From: an uncultured virus (IMG/VR IMGVR_UViG_3300037493_005316)
Taxonomy: Duplodnaviria; Heunggongvirae; Uroviricota; Caudoviricetes
Virus record (IMG/VR): IMGVR_UViG_3300037493_005316
Length of the DNA stretch: 61,644 bases
Strand: one strand, 5' to 3'
Shown here: in pieces, positions 13,495 through 22,332 of the stretch
How positions within the stretch are numbered: the first letter of the stretch is position 1
Layout: the number at the start of each line of letters is the position of its first letter
Program-made: the position numbers and the translations under genes
The notes under the pieces: generated by a model
The model's input: the letters and a program-made list of their open reading frames with translations, nothing else
Database searches by the model: none
What the model was told of the DNA's origin: nothing

Positions 13495-14163
13495 TCACTT
13501 TCCCGGGTCAGCGGCTTTGCCCAACTCTGAAAGACGGGCTTCTGTGTCGATAAGCACTTTTTCGGCGCGGATGTACGCTTCACGTGTCTGCTCGTAGGAC
13601 TGACGAACGTCCACCAAACAGGCTGTGATAGCTGACTTTTCGTCAACGTGAACGCAACTGTAGAGGACGAGTTTTCCGGTTACTGAAAGGGTAAAAAACG
13701 CGCCGCCCCCGTCGAGGGCAACCCAAACGTATTGAGCACCTCGCCGCGTGCTTGTCCAACGTTGCGTGGGCTCGATATAGTCTCGAAGTTGATCAGCGAG
13801 TTCCGCCACCCGATGAAGTTCATCTACGGGAGGTTGACGCCCGTGACATTGGGCACACAGCCATTCCCCTCGAAGCCAGTTCTCTGGCTCGTAGCCGTAG
13901 GCATGATGAAAATGCAGGGTTTCTAGTGGTTTATTTCCGCACTCTGCGCATTCAGAGGCTCGGGTCAGGCGTCCTGATATAATCGCGCGTGCACAGACTT
14001 TGTGTGCCTGGGCTCTAAGGTCTTTGAGCCGAGGCTCCAGAGTTTTAACTCTAGCAAATTCTGTTTGCAACGGAAGAGCCTCGCTAACGGGGCGTCTTCG
14101 GGGCCATTCCCTGTTCAGCGCATCTACCAAGTCAAGGTAAGGATCTGAATCGAAGGGACGCAC
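13495..14163 (-). CDS. HNH-like Zn-binding nuclease domain protein
   Basis: CAECG...HFHH..Y......WLCAQCH. GTG start lies 1 nt after the recombinase stop, with AAGGAG RBS. Confidence 0.6.
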   Translation of the reverse strand: MRPFDSDPYLDLVDALNREWPRRRPVSEALPLQTEFARVKTLEPRLKDLRAQAHKVCARAIISGRLTRASECAECGNKPLETLHFHHAYGYEPENWLRGEWLCAQCHGRQPPVDELHRVAELADQLRDYIEPTQRWTSTRRGAQYVWVALDGGGAFFTLSVTGKLVLYSCVHVDEKSAITACLVDVRQSYEQTREAYIRAEKVLIDTEARLSELGKAADPGK

Positions 14164-14164
14164 T

Positions 14165-15211
14165 TTACTCCTTACTCTTGTTCTCGATGATTTTGCCCAG
14201 TTCGTTGAACACCAACGTGGCAGGGTTGTCCATGCGCGCGAGAGCCTCTTCTGCGTAGTGATCTGTCATCCTGGGGTCGCGGTGTCTCAGGTGATGCTGC
14301 GTTCGACTCCGATTGGCTCCCAGAGAACTGGCCGAGGATGCGAGACCCCGACGGAAGCTGTGACCCGAATACGTCTTGAGCGCGTCTTTTTGAAAACCGG
14401 CTCGGCGCAGGGCGCGTTTGAGAATTCGGGCCACACTGCCGCTATCGATGGACTCTGATCCGAGTACATGATCGTGTCGGTCTACGCGTCGGAAGACGGG
14501 ACCTGTAGTGATTTCGGACACAGTAAGCCACGCGTGGAGAGCCACAACCGGACACACAAGAGGAACACGCGGGATCCTGGGGACCGGGACGATTTCGCCG
14601 TGTCCCGTCTTACTGATGCGGATCAGCACGTCGAGTCCCGTCGGCGTCTCCACGAGATCGGACACTTCCAGTGCTGAAAGCTCTTCTCGTCGAGCGGCCA
14701 TCGCGTAGGCAAGTAAGATGACGAGGCGATCTCGTAGGCCCGCGCGCGTTGTTAGATCCAAGGTCAGGATGAGGTCCGCCACGACTTCAGGGGTCAGTGC
14801 TTTTTTCGGGTCCTGCACCTTGCCGAGCTTGGCCTTTTCTTTTCTCAAACCCGACATGTACCTCTTGATCAACTCGTCTTCGCCAGGGCGGTCATGGCCC
14901 GCAAGACGATGCGCGCGGTTTATCACCGTCAGGTGAAGACGCACCGTGGCGACTTTCGCACGTTCGGCGAGTTCTGTTAGGTACAGACGAACAGTTTCTA
15001 CCTCTGCCGGAAGAGATGCAGACCCCATTTCGTCACACCACGCGTCGAACGCTGCCCACGCCTTTTTGTAGGTTATTTCAGTGTTGTAGTTATCGGCTTC
15101 TTTTGATGTCTTGTCAGCAGCAGACTTCAAACGTTCGCGCCGTGTGGCTATTGCAGTTTCACTTTTCGGCACAATAGCAATAGCAAAAATCTCTTCGCTT
15201 TTCTCACTCAT
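14165..15211 (-). CDS. Cre-like tyrosine recombinase
   Basis: N-terminal SAM-like core-binding region (W.AF.AWC...LPA...V..YL). Catalytic R (ARREEL), K (SKT), HSFR, H (RHRD) and Y (TDHY). Start moved to ATG 15211. Confidence 0.9.
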   Translation of the reverse strand: MSEKSEEIFAIAIVPKSETAIATRRERLKSAADKTSKEADNYNTEITYKKAWAAFDAWCDEMGSASLPAEVETVRLYLTELAERAKVATVRLHLTVINRAHRLAGHDRPGEDELIKRYMSGLRKEKAKLGKVQDPKKALTPEVVADLILTLDLTTRAGLRDRLVILLAYAMAARREELSALEVSDLVETPTGLDVLIRISKTGHGEIVPVPRIPRVPLVCPVVALHAWLTVSEITTGPVFRRVDRHDHVLGSESIDSGSVARILKRALRRAGFQKDALKTYSGHSFRRGLASSASSLGANRSRTQHHLRHRDPRMTDHYAEEALARMDNPATLVFNELGKIIENKSKE

Positions 15212-15229
15212 GTGAGTCGCCCCCAAGCT

Positions 15230-15265
15230 CTGACGCCCGATAACTCTCCCCTTATCGGGCGTCAG
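15230..15265. promoter_or_regulatory. lox-like recombination site candidate (14-bp perfect inverted arms, asymmetric 8-bp spacer)
   Basis: CTGACGCCCGATAA-CTCTCCCC-TTATCGGGCGTCAG, 18 nt upstream of the recombinase start codon. Confidence 0.75.
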
Positions 15266-15335
15266 GAATACACGCAAGAAAGATATTGCCGTCAGTCGGA
15301 CGACTCGATACACGAGGCGTACAGGAGGTGTGTCA

Positions 15336-15614
15336 ATGGCTACACCGGCAAATCAGATCACGATTCGAGTAGAGGAGGCGGCAATGAGTGACTTCATCGA
15401 ATCGAAGCGCCTCGCTGCGGAACTTTCGCCCCTCGGTGTCAAGGTGGCCGATGGTGAACTTCATCGCCGCGCGTACAGCATCGGAATCAAGTCGTTGCTC
15501 GCGCAACTCGTCTCGGAGCGTTCGCATCGGACGTCTCCGTCTACTTCCGTTTCTGTTCCCGTTCCCGCTCCCGTTCCTGTTCCCGTCCCCGAACCCGTCA
15601 CCCCGTCTACCTAG
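15336..15614 (+). CDS. Small hypothetical protein, possibly DNA-binding, with Pro/Val-rich tail
   Basis: AGGAGG RBS at 15323-15328. Divergent from the recombinase. Confidence 0.6.
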   Translation: MATPANQITIRVEEAAMSDFIESKRLAAELSPLGVKVADGELHRRAYSIGIKSLLAQLVSERSHRTSPSTSVSVPVPAPVPVPVPEPVTPST

Positions 15615-15626
15615 AGAGGATCTCAG

Positions 15627-16184
15627 ATGTCAGTCAAGTTGTTCGTTGGTGGAGTGAGCTGGAACGCCACCGACGCCTCCCTCCACGAAGCCTTCTCCGA
15701 GTTTGGCGAAGTCACTGACGCCAAGATCATCACCGACCGCGAAACGGGGAAGTCGCGAGGCTTCGGTTTCGTGACCTTCAAGAGCCCCGCCGATGCCGCC
15801 AACGCGCTCGACGCCATGAACGGCTCCACGCTCGACGGTCGGACCATCACGGTAAACGAGGCCGCGGTCAAGCCCCGGAACGGCGGCGACGACCGGGGAT
15901 CTCGTCCGGGTCCTAACGGCCCACGCAACGACATGCGTGGACCTTCGAGTCGTAACCCCTCGGGCTCCGAGCCCGAAATCACGCGCCGCCCCTCGTCCGC
16001 GCGACGGGAGGAGCCCAACGAGCGGGACCACGGCGAGGGCATGAGCCCTCCGAAGTCGAAAAATCGCAAGAGCAGCACACCACCCCCCGAGAGCATGTTC
16101 GTGGAGCGCGTGACGCGAGCCCCCGTGCGCGAAGCACGCGACTGGGGGGACACCTCCGGGGGTACCGACGACGATCGGGGCTGA
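15627..16184 (+). CDS. RRM (RNP) RNA-binding protein with disordered C-terminus
   Basis: RNP2 KLFVGGV, RNP1 RGFGFVTF, and MNGSTLDGRTITVNEA. Confidence 0.92.
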   Translation: MSVKLFVGGVSWNATDASLHEAFSEFGEVTDAKIITDRETGKSRGFGFVTFKSPADAANALDAMNGSTLDGRTITVNEAAVKPRNGGDDRGSRPGPNGPRNDMRGPSSRNPSGSEPEITRRPSSARREEPNERDHGEGMSPPKSKNRKSSTPPPESMFVERVTRAPVREARDWGDTSGGTDDDRG

Positions 16185-16186
16185 CC

Positions 16187-16531
16187 GTGACCACGTTCTT
16201 GTGGGTCTGGCTTGTGGTCCTCGCTTACAGACTGGTCCCGTACCTCGTCGAGAGCGTTGCCGGGATGCTGTTTGTCCCCGAAGCCGTTCGACGCGGCTTT
16301 ATCGCCAACGGACAGGCCCTCATCGCGGAGAGCCAGATCCGCTTCACTGAGGTGTGGCCCCGGTGGGTGAGCCAGAACGTGCGCACCATTCGGGTTCCGG
16401 CGCTCGTATGGGTAGATGCCCATGTGCTCCTCGTGTGGCCCTGGCTGTGGCCGATCTGGCTTGGGCCTAAGCTCGGCGTACAGCACCGAGTCTTCCACAA
16501 GATGATGGACCACTGGTGGCGCGTGAAGTAG
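16187..16531 (+). CDS. Hypothetical membrane protein
   Basis: Two hydrophobic, Trp-rich segments. Operon spacing. Confidence 0.6.
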   Translation: MTTFLWVWLVVLAYRLVPYLVESVAGMLFVPEAVRRGFIANGQALIAESQIRFTEVWPRWVSQNVRTIRVPALVWVDAHVLLVWPWLWPIWLGPKLGVQHRVFHKMMDHWWRVK

Positions 16532-16574
16532 GCAACGAGAAGGAGACAACGTCGAACTGGATAGGAGCCTTCCC

Positions 16575-17105
16575 TTGGCAAAGAAGCAGCTAGATCGCCC
16601 GACCAAAGCGCTAAAGGCGGAAACCGCCGCGTTGCGAGAACACGATCGTCTACGGGGGATGGTGCGTTCCTGCACAGAGGACGAAGACGTTCGTGAGCGC
16701 GCGTTCATCGTTCTGCGCTTTTTGCATGAGACGGCGCTACAGGCGATCTTGTCGCCAAAGGTCAAGCCCTGGGTTCCCCTTGTTCGTGAAACGGAAGGGC
16801 CCACAGGCCGGGGCGTGATGCTTCGCTGGTCCTGGGATGAGGACATCGGCCTTCCTGGCTTTGAAGCCTTCAGCGAACACCCGAATCGGCTCGATATCTC
16901 GCTCACGATCGAGCCCAATATGCCTGATCGTGTCTTGCTTCAAGGGCGCATCTCGCAGCCCTTGGATGTTACGCAGTTGGAGTCGTTGTTCGTTGGGACG
17001 ACCCCTGCTGAGAACGTGGCGGGCGTATCCGCTGCGTCGAGCGCGTCGCGGCAGCTATTCAACAGATTTAAGAGGTCTTGCCGGTCTTTTGGTAGAAAGG
17101 TGTGA
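16575..17105 (+). CDS. Hypothetical protein
   Basis: AGGAG RBS before the TTG start. Confidence 0.6.
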   Translation: MAKKQLDRPTKALKAETAALREHDRLRGMVRSCTEDEDVRERAFIVLRFLHETALQAILSPKVKPWVPLVRETEGPTGRGVMLRWSWDEDIGLPGFEAFSEHPNRLDISLTIEPNMPDRVLLQGRISQPLDVTQLESLFVGTTPAENVAGVSAASSASRQLFNRFKRSCRSFGRKV

Positions 17106-17163
17106 AGGCTTCTTGTGCTTGTGTCCGTTTAGGTTACAACTGTGTGCGTATCGGAGCGAGAGT

Positions 17164-17469
17164 ATGCTGCACAACATCGAAGCCGAAGGTATGTACTGTA
17201 TCTTCGAGGCGGACTCTGACGGTTCTCATCGTCTTTGCTTTTTCGGCTTCGATGGTCACAACAACACGCGGGTACTGGTTGCGGGCAGACTCCGGCACGC
17301 GGACGTCTCGGGTGTCGCGTTTTACCGGGGGCTCCGTGGAATCCTTCAGGTCAACGGCAAGGACGCACAAGAGGACGTGCCTGTGTCGGCGGGCGACCTC
17401 GTAAGCGTTCGTTTCGTTAAGTGGGAGGCAGAGAAGATCGACTACGACGGCCGTGGGATCGGGCCGTGA
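17164..17469 (+). CDS. Hypothetical protein
   Basis: GGAG RBS and ATG 17164. Stop overlaps the next start. Confidence 0.55.
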   Translation: MLHNIEAEGMYCIFEADSDGSHRLCFFGFDGHNNTRVLVAGRLRHADVSGVAFYRGLRGILQVNGKDAQEDVPVSAGDLVSVRFVKWEAEKIDYDGRGIGP

Positions 17470-17711
17470 GTACCGAAATCGACATCGACGGAATCCCTGT
17501 TGTGGTGGGCGACCACGACTACTCGCGACGCGACTGTTATCGCTGCTGGCAGATCGGGAAAAGGCATGTGCCCCGAACCTGTTTGGTCAGGTACAACGTC
17601 GGCACGGAACATGAGTGGATAGCTGCAAGCTGTACTCCCTGCCTGAAAAGGGACAGCGTCCCATTCCCGACGAAGACGTTGGTGATTTCGACCTTTGAGG
17701 CAACGACATGA
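17466..17711 (+). CDS. Small Zn-finger-like protein
   Basis: CYRC...CTPC. 4-nt overlaps with neighbours at both ends. Confidence 0.5.
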   Translation: MSTEIDIDGIPVVVGDHDYSRRDCYRCWQIGKRHVPRTCLVRYNVGTEHEWIAASCTPCLKRDSVPFPTKTLVISTFEATT

Positions 17712-18349
17712 CGCTTGTCGACAACATCAACATCGCGTGCGGCGAGTTCCGTGTCTGGCTGCTGTTCAACGTGTCCTCGTACGACGAGACCCGAAGCGGC
17801 GGACTCTCCCAACGTGTCTGGTACATGGAGTTCGAGAGCTGCGGAGAAGACCCCACCGTCGACGCCTGGATGGCTGAGTGTGACGCGAAGGCCGAAGTGA
17901 AGAACCGAGAGATCAAGAAGGAACAGGAGCGGCTCGCGCAGGAGCGCGCGTTGCTGACTCCTCCGAAGTTCGGGAGTTGGATCTCCCCTGGGCTCATTCA
18001 GCCTTGGGATATGTACAAGCCGCGCACGTGGCTGGATTACGTCGTGGACAACATCGGATGGGGCGAAGTCCTTCACTCGGGTATTTCGCGGGACGAGTGG
18101 CCTTCGGACGACACGGGGGAAGAGGGTCCGCTTGACTTCCTGCTTCGCAAGGGCATCGCGCCGGGACAGCCGTTTCTCATGCGCTTCTTCGGACACAGCT
18201 CCTCTTGTGACTACTGGGGTGACTACGACGAGGAGTGGTCCTGCGAAGTGATCGCCGTCGGGCCGCCCCCGCCGAACGTGATTGAAGAGATCGAACAGGC
18301 GTGGGCTCTGAAAGAGCGGCTCGCCATTTCGCTTCGGGAGAGCGCGTGA
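17708..18349 (+). CDS. Hypothetical acidic protein
   Basis: ATGA overlap, GAGG RBS, GC3-rich codons. Confidence 0.65.
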   Translation: MTLVDNINIACGEFRVWLLFNVSSYDETRSGGLSQRVWYMEFESCGEDPTVDAWMAECDAKAEVKNREIKKEQERLAQERALLTPPKFGSWISPGLIQPWDMYKPRTWLDYVVDNIGWGEVLHSGISRDEWPSDDTGEEGPLDFLLRKGIAPGQPFLMRFFGHSSSCDYWGDYDEEWSCEVIAVGPPPPNVIEEIEQAWALKERLAISLRESA

Positions 18350-18756
18350 GTGAACAACCTCGATGTATCCGACACGGGCACGGCGATCTCTCGCGCGAGA
18401 CGTGGTGCGGCGAGTACGCAGACCCTCTCACGTTCGCGGACGTGGACGGTGCGCTGTACTCGATCGTTGGGCAGCGCCCTCAGGAAGTGTGTCTGAAGTG
18501 CGTTGAAGCCGTGCAAACCACCCTCGCGTCAGGGTTCACAGACCCGTTCCCGAAAGACGGCTTCGGTTTCGGGCACGTTGGTCGGATCCGCCACGCAATC
18601 AAGGCCGCACCGGAACGAGGGAGGTGCCGCGCGTCGGCAGGACCCCCCTACAACGCGACGTGTGTCCTGCTGCAACACGACGAGCGCACGCCACACGAGG
18701 TCTTCGGTCTCGGCAACGTCCATCAGTGGTTCACGGAAAAGGAGTGGGGCGAGTGA
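18346..18756 (+). CDS. Hypothetical protein with Cys/His motifs
   Basis: GTGA overlaps in the operon chain. Confidence 0.5.
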   Translation: MSEQPRCIRHGHGDLSRETWCGEYADPLTFADVDGALYSIVGQRPQEVCLKCVEAVQTTLASGFTDPFPKDGFGFGHVGRIRHAIKAAPERGRCRASAGPPYNATCVLLQHDERTPHEVFGLGNVHQWFTEKEWGE

Positions 18757-19076
18757 CGACCGACAACAGATATGACTGGATCAAGGTCAAATACTACACC
18801 GACGACCCGAACCTCTCGTGGGAGGAAAGGTACGAGCGTCTTGAAGAGCATCACCGTGTCGAGACGGAGTTCCTGATCACCGTGGTCGAGAAGCTCGCGG
18901 GTCCGCACGGTGTCGAGCACGCTGTCGAGCGCGCCGAGAACGACGATCGACTGTTGGAGATGGCGAATCGTCAAGGCGACCTCGTTTGGCGTCGGCACGG
19001 GCACGGAGATCCCCTTACGCCCGACGAAGAGGCAGAACTCAACGCGCTCGACGCAGAACTGGACAGGATCGGCTGA
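18753..19076 (+). CDS. Hypothetical protein
   Basis: AAGGAG RBS and GTGA overlap. Confidence 0.6.
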   Translation: MTTDNRYDWIKVKYYTDDPNLSWEERYERLEEHHRVETEFLITVVEKLAGPHGVEHAVERAENDDRLLEMANRQGDLVWRRHGHGDPLTPDEEAELNALDAELDRIG

Positions 19077-19285
19077 TGTTCACACCTCGACCGGACCCTC
19101 GAACGCAGATGGTGTTCTGCATCCCTTGCTCCGACTTCTTCTGGTATGGCGCTCTGTGCAAGCACTTGTGGTGGTGCGACACCGGGCGCTGTTTCATGGG
19201 CGGCGGAGATGCGGACTATCCGTGTAGCAGCCCGACATGCGAGGGCTGCGTCGAGCGACTCAAGACGTGGAATGAACGGCTGTGA
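19076..19285 (+). CDS. Small Cys-rich hypothetical protein
   Basis: TGATG overlap. 8 Cys in 69 aa. Confidence 0.5.
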   Translation: MFTPRPDPRTQMVFCIPCSDFFWYGALCKHLWWCDTGRCFMGGGDADYPCSSPTCEGCVERLKTWNERL

Positions 19286-19554
19286 AGATCCAAGTCGACA
19301 TCGCGGCACGGCACACGTGGCTCCAGACGCTTCTCGAACAACGCGCCTCGGAGATCGCCAAAGAGCGCATCGTCGCCAAGGGCACGTTCAAGAAGTGGAA
19401 GATGGATCTGGACACGGTCCCCGACGTTCATCAGCAGGACTTCCTGTTCTGGGTTGTGGACGACGATCCGTACAGCGATGAAAGTCCGGACTACCTCAAG
19501 GTGAGCCTTCAAGAAGTGCTCCAAGACCTTGTGTTTAAGAGGACACAGGTATGA
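19282..19554 (+). CDS. Hypothetical protein
   Basis: Overlap chain and codon usage. Confidence 0.6.
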   Translation: MKIQVDIAARHTWLQTLLEQRASEIAKERIVAKGTFKKWKMDLDTVPDVHQQDFLFWVVDDDPYSDESPDYLKVSLQEVLQDLVFKRTQV

Positions 19555-19913
19555 ACCGAAAGCAAAAACGCGCCTCCGGGTCGGGCTCTGTCATGGCGAC
19601 GTCGAAGCTGAAGCAGGAGCCAACACACCTGCTCGTGGGGTGTGTTGGAGTGGGTTCCAAGGCTTGTGGTCAAGCCGTGGCGGTCCCCTACGCCGCGTTC
19701 TCGAACGCGGATCGCCTCTTCACCGCGCTCCAGGGCGTCAACTGGTTCATGGGCGTCACGGAGGGCGATGCCCCTGCGGCTCTCGACGTGAGCCCCAAGC
19801 TGGTTCACTCGATCTTGTGTACCTCGTGCGCGGATACCGTACTGCGCTCGCCTTCTCCGGGGATCGGACACTACGCGGTTCCGGGCAGTACGCAGCGTGT
19901 GGAGGAAGAGTGA
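19551..19913 (+). CDS. Hypothetical protein
   Basis: GAGG RBS and ATGA overlap. Confidence 0.55.
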   Translation: MNRKQKRASGSGSVMATSKLKQEPTHLLVGCVGVGSKACGQAVAVPYAAFSNADRLFTALQGVNWFMGVTEGDAPAALDVSPKLVHSILCTSCADTVLRSPSPGIGHYAVPGSTQRVEEE

Positions 19914-20722
19914 GCGACACACAAGATAACATCTCGGACGAGCAGCGCGTTATCGACGCGATCTCCACGCTACAAAACAGAGGCGCCGCTGAGCAGATCA
20001 AGAAGCTGCTCGGATACCGCGACGCGTTCTACGCTCTCGTGGGCTGGAAGAAGGACGACTACGCGGTGCTCACGAAGGACCTGAACGGCGCCACGCATGG
20101 CGCTTGGAAGGGTCTCCCCTACCTCGTGGAAGGCAGCGTTGGAAAGGTCATCAAGGTCGACTGGGACAGCTATCGCAAGCGGCCTAGCGTGCTGTGGGAG
20201 CCTGGGATCGAACCCTCTACTTCCCTCCGCAGCGTGAAGCAGTTCGCGTCAGACAAGGCCCGTGGAAGTATCGAGCGGCTTTACTCAGGCGGCTTGACGA
20301 TGAATCGGGACTTCCCCGACGACGCGACACGAAAAGCGATGCAGGAGCGAATCGACGCGTTCGTCGACCACGGGCTCGCACATGATGGGTCTTCTCAGGG
20401 TTACGTCCCGTTCACGGTGGCGTCACCCGACTACCCCCACTGCTACGCGCTTTGGCTTGAAGACATCCGTCACGCGGACGAGACGGATACGAAGAGGGCC
20501 ACAGAAATCCGGGTGCAGTGTCTGCGGTGTGGTGTCGAGACGGCGTGTGCCGCGTTGCTCACGTACGTCTACGACGGCGCAGACAAGAGCGGCGGTGGGA
20601 TGCGCCCTGCGCGCGAGGGTGAGGAAGTGCGTCTGCCGTACCGGCGCTGCCCCTCGTGCAAGGTCGAAAGCAAGGGCTTGATCGTGTTGAATCCCCCGTG
20701 GCCCATGGCGCCTGAAAAGTGA
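19910..20722 (+). CDS. Hypothetical protein with C-terminal Zn ribbon
   Basis: GGAGG RBS and GTG 19910. CLRCG...CPSC. Confidence 0.6.
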   Translation: MSDTQDNISDEQRVIDAISTLQNRGAAEQIKKLLGYRDAFYALVGWKKDDYAVLTKDLNGATHGAWKGLPYLVEGSVGKVIKVDWDSYRKRPSVLWEPGIEPSTSLRSVKQFASDKARGSIERLYSGGLTMNRDFPDDATRKAMQERIDAFVDHGLAHDGSSQGYVPFTVASPDYPHCYALWLEDIRHADETDTKRATEIRVQCLRCGVETACAALLTYVYDGADKSGGGMRPAREGEEVRLPYRRCPSCKVESKGLIVLNPPWPMAPEK

Positions 20723-20753
20723 ACCTGTGAGCGTTTTCTGTTACCCTCTCGAC

Positions 20754-21374
20754 ATGTCTACGCCTGAAACACCTGAAAACCCTCCCGCCGCCACGACTTC
20801 TTCCGTGCGGCAGACACCGAACACGTTCTGGGCCGCCGTCGACGACCTGAACAAGAAGATCAGCAACAACCTCGTGTGGTTCGCGGCCAGCATGATCGTC
20901 GTCGGAGTTCTCGGTACGATCGGCATGTGGACTACCGTAGCCGAGTGGGCGAGAGACGCCGCCGTTCAGGAACTGCACAACAACGCCGCGGTACAGGCAC
21001 AGATCAAGTCGGACGTTGACAACGCCGTGGAGCAAGCGACTCACGACGACTCCGTTGCCATCTTGGTCGGCGCGCGTATTCGGAAGGACACGGATTTCAT
21101 GGCGGATCTCGTGACGACACTCCGCATGGACGTCCAGCTCATGGATGTACTGAAGGGCGTTCCCGGAGAACAGGGTCGCCCAGGCCCTCAGGGTAAGCAG
21201 GGCGTTCCCGGTCCTCAGGGTGTGCAGGGGGCTCAAGGTTCCCAGGGGCCACAGGGCGTTTCCGGTCCACAAGGGGAGACCGGTGTACCTGGACGTGACG
21301 GAACCGATGGGGCGAAGGGTGCGGACGGGGCGCCTGGGGCACCGGGCGCGGCTGGGGTCTGCACTTGTCCGTGA
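20754..21374 (+). CDS. Membrane-anchored collagen-like protein
   Basis: One TM segment and ~22 Gly-X-Y triplets ending in CTCP. TGT-TACCCT lies 6 nt before the ATG. Confidence 0.8.
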   Translation: MSTPETPENPPAATTSSVRQTPNTFWAAVDDLNKKISNNLVWFAASMIVVGVLGTIGMWTTVAEWARDAAVQELHNNAAVQAQIKSDVDNAVEQATHDDSVAILVGARIRKDTDFMADLVTTLRMDVQLMDVLKGVPGEQGRPGPQGKQGVPGPQGVQGAQGSQGPQGVSGPQGETGVPGRDGTDGAKGADGAPGAPGAAGVCTCP

Positions 21375-21937
21375 CCGCCTCCGAGCTTGAAGTCGCGAAA
21401 GTCTTCTTCGAGCTGGTCAGCACCCTCTCGATCGTCATCGGCGGGGTCTGGGCGGTCGTGCAGATCCGCACCGGGGAACGGGACCGCCGTGCGGAATGGC
21501 TCTGGCGGCTCTCGTCTGAGTTCTACGCGAACAAGGACTTCGAGAAGCTTCGGAGGCTCCTCGATGATCCTTCGTGGACGAAGTGGTCCGAAATCAGCCC
21601 CGATCGCCTCGACGACTACCTGCACTTCCTAGAGATGGTCGCGATGCTCTCGGACACGGGACAATTCGAACGTAAGTACGTTCACGCCGTGTTCGGGTAC
21701 TGGGTCGAGCGCGTAGCCGCCAAGGAAGGCGCTCCCGCGTACTTGAAGAAGTACGGCTACGAACACCTCTTGGCATGGGTCGAGAAGCGGGAGTACACGC
21801 CGCCCCTCCCCGAGCCGAAGCCGTACCCGAAGCCACCGTCGGTCGGGTTCTGTCAGAGCAAACACACACCGTGTTCTACGGGCGAGCCGTGCGGCGGTGC
21901 TTGTCCGGATGGGATTTCGCGGCGCGGGGTGTCGTAG
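21371..21937 (+). CDS. N-terminally membrane-anchored protein (DUF4760-like appearance)
   Basis: TM helix followed by a helical domain with YLHFLEMVA. Confidence 0.55.
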   Translation: MTASELEVAKVFFELVSTLSIVIGGVWAVVQIRTGERDRRAEWLWRLSSEFYANKDFEKLRRLLDDPSWTKWSEISPDRLDDYLHFLEMVAMLSDTGQFERKYVHAVFGYWVERVAAKEGAPAYLKKYGYEHLLAWVEKREYTPPLPEPKPYPKPPSVGFCQSKHTPCSTGEPCGGACPDGISRRGVS

Positions 21938-21951
21938 GACACCCTTGGTGA

Positions 21952-22296
21952 TCAGACTGAATCGTTTTCCGCCATAGCCTCGACGAAGTGAAGGACCGCT
22001 TCGCGCGTCTTCACACTCAAACGGCGAACCCCGGCGAGCAATGCCACCTCCTGGTGCGAGATGACTGACCCTTCAGGGTCGAGCAGCCGCCCGGGAACGA
22101 CGCCCAGGGCTGCGGCTATCCGGCAGATCGTGTCAACATCCGCGCCCTTGCCGCTCTCCAACCGCGACACCGATGCGATCGAAAGCCCCGCACCCTCGGC
22201 CAACTGCGCCTGTGTGAGCCCGTTTTCAGCGCGCAGGCGCTGGATACGGGGGCCGATGTGGGCAGGAAAAGACTGCTGGTTGCGCTCTTTCGACAC
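21952..22296 (-). CDS. XRE-family HTH transcriptional regulator
   Basis: IGPRIQRLRAENGLTQAQLAEGAGLSIASVSRLESG...IAAALGV. Confidence 0.88.
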   Translation of the reverse strand: MSKERNQQSFPAHIGPRIQRLRAENGLTQAQLAEGAGLSIASVSRLESGKGADVDTICRIAAALGVVPGRLLDPEGSVISHQEVALLAGVRRLSVKTREAVLHFVEAMAENDSV

Positions 22297-22332
22297 GAGT
22301 GCTCGTTTGGTTTGTGCATGAGGTGCCGCGCG

